From the NCBI GenBank assembly GCA_964016885.1, contig OZ024743.1, forward strand, positions 81,716,001 to 81,780,000: a DNA stretch of 64,000 nt, in the 5' to 3' direction. The position numbers and the translations under genes are program-made. Each line of letters starts with the position of its first letter. Position 1 is the first letter of the stretch. The notes under the pieces were generated by a model. The model was not told the DNA's origin. It saw only the letters and a list, made by a program, of their open reading frames with translations, and ran no database searches. This DNA comes from Eledone cirrhosa. Lineage: Eukaryota. This document shows, one piece after another, positions 1 through 14,059 of the stretch.

Positions 1-1790
1 TCTCGTCCAACATATAACCTCTTTCACCATAGCCTCTATACAGAGGAAAACGGCCTCTCTTTTGTTTTTGAAAGAAGTTGGCGGTGTGATCCTTACTATG
101 GACTCGGCAGTCAACTGGATTTGTCCCATACGTGGCAGCAGTTGTTCTGCATAGTTCCACAGGTCAGTTACGCCCGGAAAGTGTACAATTGTGTGCAAGA
201 CGGTTTCAATGTCCTGCTCGCATCTTGGACACGTCCTCTTGGAATGATCCCTGCCGGGGCGTCCGTGCCTGTAGATCTTGTCTCGAACTGGTAGAGCTCC
301 TCGGTAGCACTGCCAGACCATGGACCTCTGGTAGTTGTCCATAGGTCTCGGGCGGAAAGTCCTACCAAACAGACGGGTGAGTTCGTCGTCTTCGACGCCT
401 AGAGTCTCTCCGAGCACGTCGTCGCCCTTATGGCGTACTTAACCCTCTATAGAATGTCGAAGTGGAGTCTCCACTGATTGCTGTGCCCGCTAGACAGAGG
501 ACTGTGCGCATTCAATGTACCAGGCGCCCATCTTCTTCCGTCTCCGCTTGACCCAGGACTGCAGCTCCGTCAGCGAGACAAGTTGCGGGAAGGTCTGTCT
601 CACAAACGGTGCCCACACCGGTTGGTCGGTGAGGAATACTTGGAGATGCCGTAGCCTCAGCGCATGTTTGCGCATCATCAACCACGGCATGCCCATCCCT
701 CCGCTGGAAGGGTGCTGACAGCAGACGGATCTCCTCACCAATGGAGCCTGGTTCTTCCAAAGGAACTGGAAGAGCATGTGTTCCATCTTGGTGGGATGTT
801 CACGGGGACAAGGCACGACGGTCATGTAGTAGTAGATGACGGACTCCATGAAAGTGTTCGCCACCTCCGCTTGACCTTTCAAGGAGAGTTTGCATTCTGC
901 CCACTTCTGGGTGAGCGCAAATACCTTGGCCGTGACCTCGTTCCAGTTTTTCTCCACTTGGAGCTCTGAACCGAACCAGACCCCAAGCAATTTCACCGGT
1001 CCTTCCGTCCTGCGTCCGACGACGCTGTCGAACGGCATCGGTTTGACTCTCCACGTTCCGAGTTGTAAACCGACAAACTTGTCCGGATTCAGTTTTGCTC
1101 CTGTAAGTCTTTCGTATTCCTGTAGTAAGTTGCCGATCGAGCCGATTTCCGAGGTTTCCGACACCATTACTGTCACATCGGCATAAGCCGACGCCGCTTT
1201 TCGCAGTGCCAGTTCCAAGTGGATGCCCTCCAGCAGCTCCAACTTCCGCAGTAGTGGCTCCAGAGTCAGCACGTACAGAATGGAGGAGAGAGGGCATCCC
1301 AGTCGGATGAAACGCGGGATTGCGAACGGCTCCAATAGGTAGCCGTTCACCTTGACCGTCGAGCAGATGTTAGTGTGCATTGCAGCGATCCAGTCTCAGG
1401 AAGAAGGGTCCGAAACCGGCCGCCTTTAGAACTGCTTCCAAGTATCGATGGTTGACTCTATCGAACGCCTACCGAAGCCGGGTTTACACCCCACCCTCTC
1501 TATGATGTATCGCATGAGGTGGAGGTTGTCGTGTATGGACCTGGTCGGGATTGCACATGTTTGCGCTTTCCCTACCAGGTTCTCAACGACAAGCGCCAAC
1601 CTCGTTGCCAACACCTTGGCCAACATCTTTAACTTTGTGTTGAGCAGAGTTATGGGCCTAAAGTTGCTTAGTTCGCCCCCCCCCCCCCCTCCTCTTGTTC
1701 TCGTCTTTCCTGGTCAGCGTTACTACGCCCCTGCCTGCAGCACTGGGAATTCTCCCGTTCTATTGCCAGTTGCAGTAGACGTCTTCGAGA
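1..1790 (-). mobile_element. Tx1/L1-clade LINE ORF2 (RT and downstream region), frameshifted fragment
   Basis: ORF fragments LAKVLATRL..GKAQTCAIPTRSIHDNLHLMR, IRLGCPLSSILYVLTLEPL, AYADVTV, KLLGVWFG, KLSLKGQA, GGMGMP are typical of L1/Tx1 RT; split over several frames. Confidence 0.85.
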
Positions 1791-2200
1791 TATGTAGGTA
1801 GATAGATAGGTAGATAGATATATTTCTTTATTTGCCACAAGGGCGCACAAGAAAAGGGGACAAAACAAAGATATGCCGGGAATTTTACATACAATCGTGT
1901 AAAAAAATAATAAAACAAACAATTATAACAATCGAAATCCCCAATAGGGGAGGGCAGGCGCCACAAATAGGTTGTTTAATACCCCGTAGATAGAACAACC
2001 CTCAACTTAGGGAGCGCGTTGTGCAAGTGCTCCTTTCTTCAACCTACAGAGTGCTCTCTTCTTCAACCTACACAGAAGGCCCAATCACTCGGACCATTTT
2101 TGCCACATTCACCCACCTTTCAGTAAATTTACTGGGGTGAAGTGCCTCTCTCTCCACTTTGATTCTCCTTCTAAAGTTAGGTAGGTAGATAGGTAGGTAA
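1790..2200 (-). mobile_element. Tx1-like LINE 3' end (ORF2 C-terminus + 3'UTR) with (ATCT/ACCT)n flanks
   Basis: Translation RRRIKVEREALHPSKFTERWVNVAKMVRVIGP then a UTR ending in atct-type repeats; homologous to 50900-51300. Confidence 0.6.
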
Positions 2201-2307
2201 GTAGATAGGTATGCAGATGTATATGCATGTGTATGCTCACGTGTATCTATAATATACATAGATACAGATAGATACATACATAAATACATACATATATATA
2301 TATATAG

Positions 2308-2392
<85 letters not shown>

Positions 2393-2395
<3 letters not shown>

Positions 2396-3743
2396 ACTTT
2401 GAATAACTTTGAAATGTTTTGGCCAGTATTGGCCCAGGCCATGTCTAACTTAATAGCACCACCTGGCGAAGTCTTTCAATTCAGGATTTGGGCACCATGG
2501 CCCATTCGAGAAGAGAATTACTGTTTGCGGAGACATATCCGGGTGTGGGTGGTTTGTCCGGGATTACTTGGAGGAATTTGTCCAAAGACTTCTTGAATTT
2601 TGTGTGGTCAGTTTCTGTTTTGACGTGTCCTGGTGTGATGTTGAAGAGAGCAGGGCCGATTGAGGTGAAATAATTGTGCCGTATTGTTGTTATGAGTTGC
2701 GAGTTAGATTTTTGAATGGGACGGATAGCACGGGGCCCAAGCCTTGGGTGTATCTTGAAGGCGATGCCAACATCATTTGGGCAGTGATGATGGAACATTT
2801 TCCACATCATGCAGATAATATAACGCTCACGGCGACGTTGGAGTGAGTAAAGTTGCAGGTTTTCTAATCGACCCCAGTAGTCAAGGTCTGACATGCCATC
2901 TATCTTTTTCGTGATTGCCCTTTGAGGAGCTTCAAGTTTCATGATACTTTGTTTCGTGTGGGGAGACCACAGTGGACAACAGTATTCAAGGTGTGGTCGG
3001 GCAAAAGTAGAGAAGAGAAGGATAATGGTGCGGGAATCTCTCGACTGGAAGGTTCTGAGGATCCAGGAACACATTCTGCGGGCCATGTCAACCTTGCTGC
3101 TTATATGCGTGGTCCAGCTTATGTTGCTGTCCACGGTTACTCCCAAGTCTCTGATGTTGTTAGATGCCACGAGAGTTTCCCCGGAGGGAAGGGAGTACGG
3201 GAGTTTCAGAGCATCCTCTTTTCCAAAGTGGATCAGTTCGAATTTGTCTTCGTTCAGTAACATGTTGTTCTTTTCTGCCCATTGGGTAACAGCCAGTAGG
3301 TCTGACTGAAGGCTTATCCGGTCATCCACGCCATTGATGACCTTTTGGAGCTTGGAATCATCAGCGAAAATTTTAATGTTGCTGTGTTTGATGATGTCAG
3401 TGATGTCATTAATATAGATGATGAAGAGAAGTGGGCCCAACACAGTGCCTTGTGGGACCCCACTACTGACTTTGGCTGGGCTGGATTTGACTCCCTCAAC
3501 TACAACATGTTGGGTTCTGTTTGACAGGAAGCTCTTGATCCACTGCAGCAGCTTTCCAGTGACACCAATATTGGACAGCTTTCTCAGTAGAATGTTATGA
3601 TCAACCCTGTCAAAGGCCTTGCTGAAATCAAGGTAGATAACATCAGTGTTGGAACCCTCTCCCAAGGCTCTCAAAATGTCATCAAAGTGATGCAGTAGCT
3701 GCGTCAGGCAATCCCTTCCATTACGGAATCCATGCTGGTTGGA
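2393..3743 (-). mobile_element. 5'-truncated CR1-group LINE with uninterrupted RT/C-terminal ORF (2481-3743)
   Basis: [76 protein letters not shown]; short 3'UTR ending in (ttcaaagtta)2; both ends abut (TA)n. Confidence 0.92.
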
Positions 3744-3797
<54 letters not shown>

Positions 3798-3901
3798 TTA
3801 TGTATGTGTATATATATATGTATATGTATTTATGTATGTGTATGCTCACGTGTATGTATAATATACATAGATACAGATAGATACATACATAAATACATAC
3901 G

Positions 3902-3932
<31 letters not shown>

Positions 3933-3999
3933 TTATGTATGCATCTATCTGTATCTATGTATATTATACATACACGTGAGCATACACATACATAAATAC

Positions 4000-4069
<70 letters not shown>

Positions 4070-4074
<5 letters not shown>

Positions 4075-5111
4075 AATGTAAAATGGCGTGCTGCGTTGTT
4101 GCGAATGTGAACATATGAATGAAAATAGACCGAGACACGACTGTCCATCATCAGTAGTCTGCTGATTATCATTGGTATTTCTTCGCATACTAGATATCTA
4201 AAATCAGTGCGAGCGATAACTAAATTAAGTTATCGCGACAGAGCGAAAAGAAAAAAAGTCAACAAACAACACAGTAGTAATGCAACGTAAAGAGAGGAAA
4301 AGAGAGACAAGTCAATGAATCTTGTGGGCTTAAGTCCGAACATATCAAATGACGAGAAGAGGCACAGGTCAGACGGGAGGAAGTGAGAGAGGGGGAGTAG
4401 CAGAGTGTGAGTGAGTGAAAGTGTGAGGCAGAGGCCAGGCGAGAGAGTGGGTGACCAGCAGAGGGGTGAATGAAAGCAAGATTTCTTTTCGCTCTGTCGC
4501 GATAACTTAATTTAGTTATCGCCCGCACTGATTTTAGATATCTAGTATGCGAAGAAATACCAATGATAATCAGCAGACTACTGATGATGGGCAGTCGTGT
4601 CTCGGTCTATTTTCATTCATATGTTCACATTCGCAACAACGCAGCACGCCATTTTTCATTCACATATATTTTTTCCCCTAGATGTGGTTCGTTTTTTTCT
4701 GTCACCTAACTGGTATCCTCTTTCTCTCTCCCCCTTCTCTCTCCTTGTACCTCTTACTTTCATTCACCCCTCTGCTGGTCACCCACTCTCTCGCCTGGCC
4801 TCTTCCTCACACTTTCACTCACTCACACTCTGCTACTCCCCCTCTCTCACTTCCTCCCGTCTGACCTGTGCCTCTTCTCGTCATTTGATATGTTCGGACT
4901 TAAGCCCAAAAGATTTATTGACTTGACTCTCTTTTCCTCTCTTTACGTTGCATTACTACTGTGTTGTTTGTTGACTTTTTTCTTTTCGCTCTGTCGCGAT
5001 AACTTAATTTAGTTATCGCTCGCACTGATTTTAGGTATCTAGTATGCGAAGAAATACCAATGATAATCAGCAGACTACTGATGATGGACAGTCGTGTCTC
5101 GGTCTATATTC

Positions 5112-5113
<2 letters not shown>
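4070..5113. mobile_element. Rearranged inverted-repeat element (X Y | X' | Y' X') between (TA)n tracts, with decayed HHR-like CTGATGA motif
   Basis: About 4121-4475 is the reverse complement of about 4757-5107, and 4483-4660 is the reverse complement of about 4070-4252; three copies of agacta-CTGATGA-tgg[a/g]cagt-cgtg-TC. Confidence 0.7.
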
Positions 5114-5164
<51 letters not shown>

Positions 5165-5167
<3 letters not shown>

Positions 5168-5349
5168 CGAAGGAAGTGTAGTAAGGAACCAGGTGGACCG
5201 TAACGCACCAGAGTACTCGATACTTAGGGTAGTAGAGTGGGTAATAGGAAAATGTTCAAGACCCTGACGGCAGAGCTCAAGCCGTTTCTGAATCCAGAAA
5301 TAGCCGTCGAAACGGCTTGAGCTCTGCCGTCGGGGCCTTGAACATTTTC

Positions 5350-5352
<3 letters not shown>
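5165..5352. mobile_element. Short (TA)n-embedded fold-back element, family A copy 1
   Basis: Homologous to 9331-9528, 52601-52806 and 22531-22610; terminal hairpin 5247-5351. Confidence 0.75.
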
Positions 5353-5388
<36 letters not shown>

Positions 5389-5479
5389 TATTGATATAGA
5401 TAGAGACATATATTTACTTACATACATCTACGCATAAAGTGTCACGCAGGTACACCTGAATATACACACCTACACACCT

Positions 5480-5582
<103 letters not shown>

Positions 5583-6186
5583 TACATATACACACATATA
5601 CATATAGACTCATGTATACGTCATAACTGTTCTGCTTCTACATTTAATTAAATAGAATTCTTATATGAAAGTATGATATCAATCACGTACACAATAGCAG
5701 GATAGCTTTTTTCACGACGTAGTGAAATCCTCAGCGACCATACTGCCAGAAAATGGCCATTTCAAGAAAAGTCTCATAAATTTCAAGAATCATTATTATA
5801 TACCTACGAGAAGCTCTTCGGAATCACTCCAGAATTTGTTAATTTCCAGAAATGAAAAATGGTAGGAATATTGGTAAAAGAATCTGCAGAAATATATTTA
5901 CAAAAAAAATAATCTTAATCATAAAAAATGTCATGGGTATTTATTTTTTTAAATAATGTAACCCAGCGTAAGAACTTTTATATTAAAACAAGTTTCAAAA
6001 TATTCCACACACACACATACACACACAGCCACATACACGTACGTATTATATAATGAGATGTATATGCACACATGTTTATACTTGCATAGACACACGTATA
6101 TATAAATATACACATACATATATACATATACATATATGTATACATAATACACACATATATATATACATACATACATATGTACATAC

Positions 6187-6264
<78 letters not shown>

Positions 6265-6294
6265 TTATATATTTATATGTATATATATATATGC

Positions 6295-6326
<32 letters not shown>

Positions 6327-6539
6327 GTAAATACACATATACAGTATAGAAGTGTGTGTGTGTGTGTAAATAGAAAGAAAAATAAAAGACACACATTATC
6401 CTTTCATTTTTTCATTCTTAGATCGGATTTAAAAGAATTATATAATCTTATCTTCAATTTTAGAAATAATCCGAGCGAGTAAATTTGAAAATCTCACTGA
6501 GAAGAGGCAAGGGATTCGCGAAATTACCATCTACCATAT

Positions 6540-7227
<688 letters not shown>

Positions 7228-7306
7228 GGAGGTGAGTTTTATTGTAGTACAATAAAGCAATGCAGATATCGGATAAGAAGCACTCTACAATTTGTAGGAC
7301 TGGAGT

Positions 7307-7675
7307 ATACATAATATATAAGATCAAAAGATGGTTAAAAGAGTTCCTTGTATTTTATTATGCACATTTCAAAAACAAATATCATCATGCAATAATATTT
7401 GTGTTTTCATCAGATAAAATAGGAAGACATGATATGAAGGTTAAAAAACACTTGTGAATAGTGCAGTTTTAAATCAACATATATGTTGATTAAATTAACA
7501 TAATATGTTGATTTAAAACTGCAGTATTCACAAGTGTTTTTTAACCTTCATATCATGTCTTCCTATTTTATCTGATGAAAACACAAATATTATTGCATGA
7601 TGATATTTGTTTTTAAAATGCGCATAATAAAATACAAGGAACTCTTTTAACCATCTTTTGATCTTATATATTATG

Positions 7676-7678
<3 letters not shown>
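7307..7678. repeat. Palindrome (~170 bp arms) with HHR 3'-half-like motif beside its centre
   Basis: Arms are reverse complements; the right arm reads AAAA-ctgcag-TA (7515-7526). Confidence 0.8.
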
Positions 7679-7710
<32 letters not shown>

Positions 7711-7767
7711 GTATATATATGTATATATGTATATATATATGTATATGCATGTATATATATATATATT

Positions 7768-7854
<87 letters not shown>

Positions 7855-7896
7855 ACATATATATATACATATATACATATATACATATTTATATAC

Positions 7897-7927
<31 letters not shown>

Positions 7928-7992
7928 CATATGTACATATATATATGCATATATATATATACATATATATATACATATATATATATATACAC

Positions 7993-8029
<37 letters not shown>

Positions 8030-8178
8030 AGAATTGAAATACTAGAGTGTGTTGGAGTTAAACACCCTCTTCGTATTATAGAAATGACAGTAAATGTATA
8101 GCTCAATGTAATTAAACAGAGCCGAAGAATTATGAAAATAAACCAAAGAAGCCTTCAATACATCAAAAGTCTTTATTA

Positions 8179-8216
8179 GCCAACAATGTTTCGTCCTATT
8201 AAGGACTCATCGGGGC
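8179..8216 (-). ncRNA. Minimal type I hammerhead ribozyme (CCGAUGA variant)
   Basis: Minus strand: gcc CCGATGA gtcct-taat-aggac GAAA cattg TT ggc. Confidence 0.75.
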
Positions 8217-8410
8217 AATTAAAGCTATAAGAAGCACTATCAGCCAATACAAGCCGAAAACTCAGAAGAATATGGAGTGTACATAGATTAAATCATAGGA
8301 AAATAATCGGGTAAAAATTATCAAGTAAAAAATTATCAAGTGAAAATTGCTAAGGAAGTAAGTAACATTTTGAACCATATTACAAATATAGTCCAATGCA
8401 AAAACTAGAG

Positions 8411-8461
<51 letters not shown>

Positions 8462-8970
8462 CACATATATACATAAGGGAGAAGAAAGTAATAAATAAAT
8501 GTATTTAGAGAGAGAGGGGGAGATACACAGAGATACCGAGAGGGAGGGGTAAAGAGAGGAGGGGAGAGGAATAGATAGTGAAAAGCCTGGAGGATAGATA
8601 CATAGACACTCAAATACTCTTGCACACACACATTATATGTATAAAAAAGTACCAGTAATGCACTGGCTAATTGCTGGCCTTGTGCCTAAAGTAGAAACAA
8701 TTATATGTATAAATGTATGTATGTACACGTGTGTGTATATCATACATACATCCATATATATATATATACTGTATATATATATCTTTAACGTTTTTAATTT
8801 GATATATGTATACATATATATATATATATGTATGTATATTCTAATGTGTGTGGTGTATGTATTTATACGTACACCACACACATTAGAATATACATATATA
8901 TATATATATTTATTAAAATAACAGATTAAAGTTTAAGCAAAGAATCGCTGCTTTCACCCTTAACGGGATC

Positions 8971-9019
<49 letters not shown>

Positions 9020-9204
9020 TGTATATTCTAATGTGTGTGGTGTATGTATTTATACGTACACCCATATACATATATTGTTATACTTTGGGAGGGTCATGTT
9101 GCCAATAAAAACACACGCCCCTGTTTGTTTTTCACTTCAAATTATCATAAATTTCCGGTTGGCCGGTTGGTTGGTTCGATAACGGGATGATTGTTTACAT
9201 ATTC

Positions 9205-9246
9205 TCAAAGCTCTTTCGTCACACAATTTGTGACCTCTTCAGCGAC
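9205..9246 (-). ncRNA. Degenerate hammerhead ribozyme in a PLE-like remnant (9075-9297)
   Basis: Minus strand: CTGAAGA g gtcaca-aattg-tgtgac GAAA gagctt; stem I and cleavage site decayed; homologous to 21670-21714. Confidence 0.55.
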
Positions 9247-9294
9247 TAGGTTTTTATTTTATGTGTCTCTCCTTTGTTCTATCCTACACCATCT

Positions 9295-9330
<36 letters not shown>

Positions 9331-9333
<3 letters not shown>

Positions 9334-9524
9334 CAAAGGAAATGTGGTAAGGAACCAGGTGGACCATAACGCACCAAAGTACTCAATACTTAGGGTAGTA
9401 GAGTGGGTAATAGGAACGAGTAGGACCCCGACGGCTGAGCTCAAGCCGTTTCGATGGCTAATTCTGGACCTCCAGAATTAGCCGTCGAAACGGCTTGAGC
9501 TCAGCCGTTGGGGTCCTACTCGTT

Positions 9525-9528
<4 letters not shown>
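9331..9528. mobile_element. Fold-back element family A copy 2
   Basis: Hairpin 9411-9528 centred on ctggacctccag; flanked by (TA)n. Confidence 0.78.
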
Positions 9529-9609
<81 letters not shown>

Positions 9610-9883
9610 GTGTAATAAGCAACATAAGATAATTATTTCATTTACCAGTGGTTTCTTGAAAGCAACCAAAATTGCTTTCATTCATCTGAATGAAAAAATC
9701 CTGGTTCTTTATTGACAGAATCGCCGCTTTCAGAAGATCCCGTTAAGGGTGAAAGCAACGATTCTTTGCTTAAACTTTAATCTGTTATTTTAATAAATAT
9801 GTGCTCTACGGTTCTTATATATTTGATACATATTTATCCTTATCGAACCCTCTTTGGATTTTAGTTTCCGCATTCATTATTAT

Positions 9884-9938
<55 letters not shown>

Positions 9939-10018
9939 ACCACCCCACTCTCCAGAGCGTGAAATTAATAAACATTCGTTGTACTGCCTCTCTGTTCTGT
10001 TCCTGTTCAAATTTTTCC

Positions 10019-10105
<87 letters not shown>

Positions 10106-10107
<2 letters not shown>

Positions 10108-11087
10108 GGTTCATTAACCGAGAATCCCCAAGAGATATGTGAAATACTGAACGAACAGTACAAAACTGTGTTCACATGTCCTCTGAGGCACATGCAAATA
10201 ACAACGCCAGAGGAGTTCTTTGATGCCACAACACTACGTGAAGAAATGGCGACCATCAACCATATAGACATAACGGAGGAGGATGTGGTATACGCCATAG
10301 ATGAAATTAGTCAGCTGCTGGACCTGATGGATTCCCAGCAGAACTCTTAAAAACATGTAAGCGGGCCTTAGCAACTCCACTGAAGACGTTCTTCAGAAGC
10401 TCCTTGGCTAGCGGTATACTACCCAGGGAGCTGAAAGAAGGCACAATATGCCCTATCCATAAAGGAGGTAGCAGAGCGGAGGCCAAAACCAATAGGCCAG
10501 TCTCCCTGACGTCACAAATCAGTAAGTTCATGGAGCGAGTCGTCAGAAAGGAACTGATCACTTTCCTCGAGGAAAATAACCGCCTGACTAGCATGCAGCA
10601 TGGCTTCCAGTTGTGGTCACCCCATAGTGTTAAACTAACCACGGAGCGTGAGGCAATCCAGCGAAGCTACACCAAGGGGATTGCCACGATGAAGGAGACA
10701 AGCTACTGGGAGAGGCTAAAAGAACTGAACCTCTACTGCTTGGAACGAAGACGGGAGAGATACGCAGTGATCTACATGTGGAATATCCTGGAGGGACTAG
10801 CACCAAACTTTGGCATTGGGAGCTGGACCAACCGTCGAACAGAAGTCACTCTGTGGTGCCAAAGGTCCCGTCTTCCACATCTAGAATAAGGAGAAGATAT
10901 TGCAATAGCCTGGGGTTCAAGGGCCCTCAACTCTTCAACAAGCTGCCGAGGAATCTGAGAGATCTGCATGGTGTGGAGGTGGATGCCTTCAAGAAACATC
11001 TCGACACCTTGCTATCCAGGTAGCAACAATGGCAGTGCCCCAGCATGGCCTCAGCCGGATGGCTGGTACAGGTAAAAGACTAAAAGA

Positions 11088-11088
<1 letters not shown>
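10106..11088 (+). mobile_element. Degenerate CR1-group LINE with RT core deleted
   Basis: ENPQEICEILNEQY, ICPIHKGGSR..RPVSLTSQISKFMERVV, QHGF joined directly to QLWSPH, LYCLERRRERY, GPQLFNKLP. Confidence 0.85.
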
Positions 11089-11122
<34 letters not shown>

Positions 11123-11429
11123 GACTTAGCTATGTAACATAACAGGATTTTGACGAACACACACTGAGAATGAAAAATAGAAATATATGGGTCTGTTTTT
11201 GATTCGGTGGGGTAGCGCACCATTACCGTGTAAAGGCAGGCAATTTCCGAATCAAATATATATATATATATATATTAAAATTAGTTTTATACCTAGTCAA
11301 GTCAGGATTTCAAACCATTTAGAACCAAATATAATGTTGAGAGAAATATCCAATGGTAGCAGAGTGTTCTCAGTATTTGTAGAAAGATGTTAACTTGGTA
11401 TATGTCGTTCAATATAGAAAGTTAAATAA

Positions 11430-11615
11430 TTGTTTCTACTTTTGGCACAAGGCTAGCAATTACTCAGTACATTACTGGTACTTTATTTTATCGACCTCGT
11501 AATGATGAAAGGCAAAGTTAACCTCGGCGGGATTTGAACTCAGACCGTAAAGAGACGTAACTATGCTGGAAAGCATGACGTCCGACTCTCTACTGATACT
11601 GCCAATTCACCGCCA
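11430..11615 (-). mobile_element. tRNA-derived SINE, family S1 (Meta/MESC-like core)
   Basis: Reverse complement of B-box gagttcaaatccc plus core aactttgcctttcatc..ggtcgataaaataaagtaccag; many copies in the window. Confidence 0.8.
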
Positions 11616-12999
11616 TATAGAAAGTTAAATAATGAAAGAAGGTGAGATAATCCATTAAGGGTACACGTGTTTGTGGAATATTCAGCCATATATATGATAA
11701 TATATTGAGTAGAATTCTCAGTAGATGTCATCTGAATACTCCTCGTAGAAACTGACGAAGGATCCATTGTCTACGTGATAATGGGCACCATCTTTGTTTT
11801 CAGATGGTTTCATGTGTTAGCGATCTTCTTTATTATGCCACGACAATAAACAGCACAGTTTACAGCTGTACAAGTTTAGCTGGGTTTGGTTCCCTATTAA
11901 TTTGGACGTTTACTGAGTGTTTCAATGATACGGACCACAGTCAAGCACATACTTATATTATTATATGTAACAGTTATATAGATTTAGCTGGCTTCCCATG
12001 ACTTTCTACCACTTGTGAGGTTTCTTGGATGCTTTAATGGTAGGGGACCCAGTCCTATCACACACACACACACATGCACACAATATATATGTGTGTTTGT
12101 GTGTCTGTGTGTGATAGCTAACACATAGAGGTTTAACTGGCCACATAGGAGGTTTCGCCAAGTCCTATCATGAAAAATAATTTTACCTTATATGTGTTGC
12201 TCAGGTACAAAACACCTCCCCCCCTTCAACCACGAGTCAAACACCGTAACCAGCATTGTGTAGGGTGTTCAAAGCCTATAGCATAATTTAAGCATAAGTT
12301 ATCAGTTATATTGGAAAATCTGATAAGTTCATAGCATTTGTATATTATATTCTGTTGATGTTGCAATATTTTATTTTACTGTTCATGATTTATAGAATAT
12401 AGAAAAACAACTCACTTCTTCCATAAAAAAAATTGACAACATTTGGAAAACCATGCAGAAAAATGTTCAAAGTTAAATACAGCTTTGTGGTATTCCTCAA
12501 AATATTTACAGATCCTAATATATATTTTCTGGAACGTACTTATATCTATCTTTATAGGTAATCTTTTGATGTGTATACAGAAGAGGGCTGTCTATTATTC
12601 CAGTTATTCCTATAATAATGTAGTGAATGGTGGACAGATTCCATTTCTTCGATGAAGTCAATTTCACAGATAAATAGGTGTAGTTCCTTAACTTATCAGA
12701 TCTCTTCTGAACAACGGTATAGACTTTTGATATCGCCTTTATAAGTTACAGCAGAGCTTCTCAATCGCTTTTCGTCCCACTTCGACTTTCAAACAGAAAA
12801 TATGAGTAGGCGGCCCTATTATTTTCGACCAAATTTAATGTATACCAAAACACATACACTCCCTTATCTGAAGTCTCAAGTCCCCCCTATGCTGCTGGTG
12901 AAGCATGTGACACATCTCGAGAAACACTGTTAGAATATCATTTTACGTCCGTTTTGCATGAGTTTGACGAAGTACATCCTACTTTCAGTCGTTTAACGC

Positions 13000-13185
13000 C
13001 ACATGTTAAACGACTGAAAGTACAGACTTCTATCTCCGTTGGGCAAGATGCTAGTCCATCCAACAACGAACTCCCTGCTGCAGCTGTTAGTTCATTTCTG
13101 GTGACTGAAGTGGAACCACGTACAATGAAGTACCTTGCTCAAGGATAAAATGCGCCAACCGGTCTGGGAAACGAAACCATGACCT
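13000..13185 (-). mobile_element. tRNA-derived SINE, family S2 (degenerate)
   Basis: ccttgagcaaggtacttcat motif and tail similar to 18330-18585. Confidence 0.55.
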
Positions 13186-13599
13186 GCTTAAAATATTTTG
13201 TTTATATTGAGTTTTTGCCTCTCCAATTCTTTTTAAGACTTCTCAAATCCAGTTGTATTTGGTCCGGCCCATACGTATGTCCTATTTTGTCCGGCCCATA
13301 CTGTTCTATTTTTGTCTCCGGGTATTCCTCGGTCTCATCTGTAATAAGCAAAGTTGGGAATTGTCTATTATATTTTCTATAATTGTTTTTAAGAATCCAG
13401 CTTCAAATTCAAATACGAAAATGTGAAGCAATTCTATTCTTGTATAAGCACTAAATGTGGAACATCTCTATTATTTTTCTATCGCCTTTGCTTAAGAATC
13501 GATCTTATAGATGCACAAGTTGCAATAATGAGCACACATTTCATATTGGTATTTTTTTACTTATTAATGAATGTTTTTAAGTACAGTTTAAAGAAAGAC

Positions 13600-13932
13600 A
13601 ACTGCATACTCGATAGAGCGGATAGCTTGGAGATCAGAATCACTCCAGTTAGAGCCGCTACTTCTCTGTATTGAGATATCACAGCTCCGATACCATGGGC
13701 ATGTGATTAGAATCTCACAGGAAGGAATCGCTGGAGAGATTTTACGGGTAAAACAACCCGACAGGAGACCCAGGGGTAGACCACGAGCAAGATGGTGGGA
13801 TAATATCTATGAGCTTGGCTGATCTTGCTTGGGAATCTAACTGGATGAGTTGGAGACGATTCCTTCTGCTAGGACCTGCTGGGAGGAGTGTTTGAGGATT
13901 CTGAGCCCACGAACCTCTCAGGAATAGGTGGG
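13600..13932 (+). mobile_element. RTE-clade LINE 3' fragment with (GAA)n tail
   Basis: Homologous to 30876-31268 and 62770-63246; G-RP-GRPR-RW motif. Confidence 0.75.
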
Positions 13933-14059
13933 AGAAGAAGAAGAAGAAGAAGAAGAAGAAGAAGAAGAAGAAGAAGAAGAAGAAGAAGAAGAAGAAGAAG
14001 AAGAAGAAGAAGAAGAAGAAGAAGAAGAAGAAGAAGAAGAAGAAGAAGAAGAAGAAGAA
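13933..14059 (+). repeat. (GAA)n microsatellite expanded from the RTE tail
   Basis: Direct reading. Confidence 0.97.

Noticed and set aside
5702-5738. HHR-like CTGAGGA tttcac-tacgtc-gtgaaa AAAgcTA on the minus strand
   Set aside because: G of GAAA missing and stem I does not pair; too degenerate to call.
12200-12850. Unique sequence possibly from a decayed transposase or exon
   Set aside because: Frames are interrupted and no recognisable motif.
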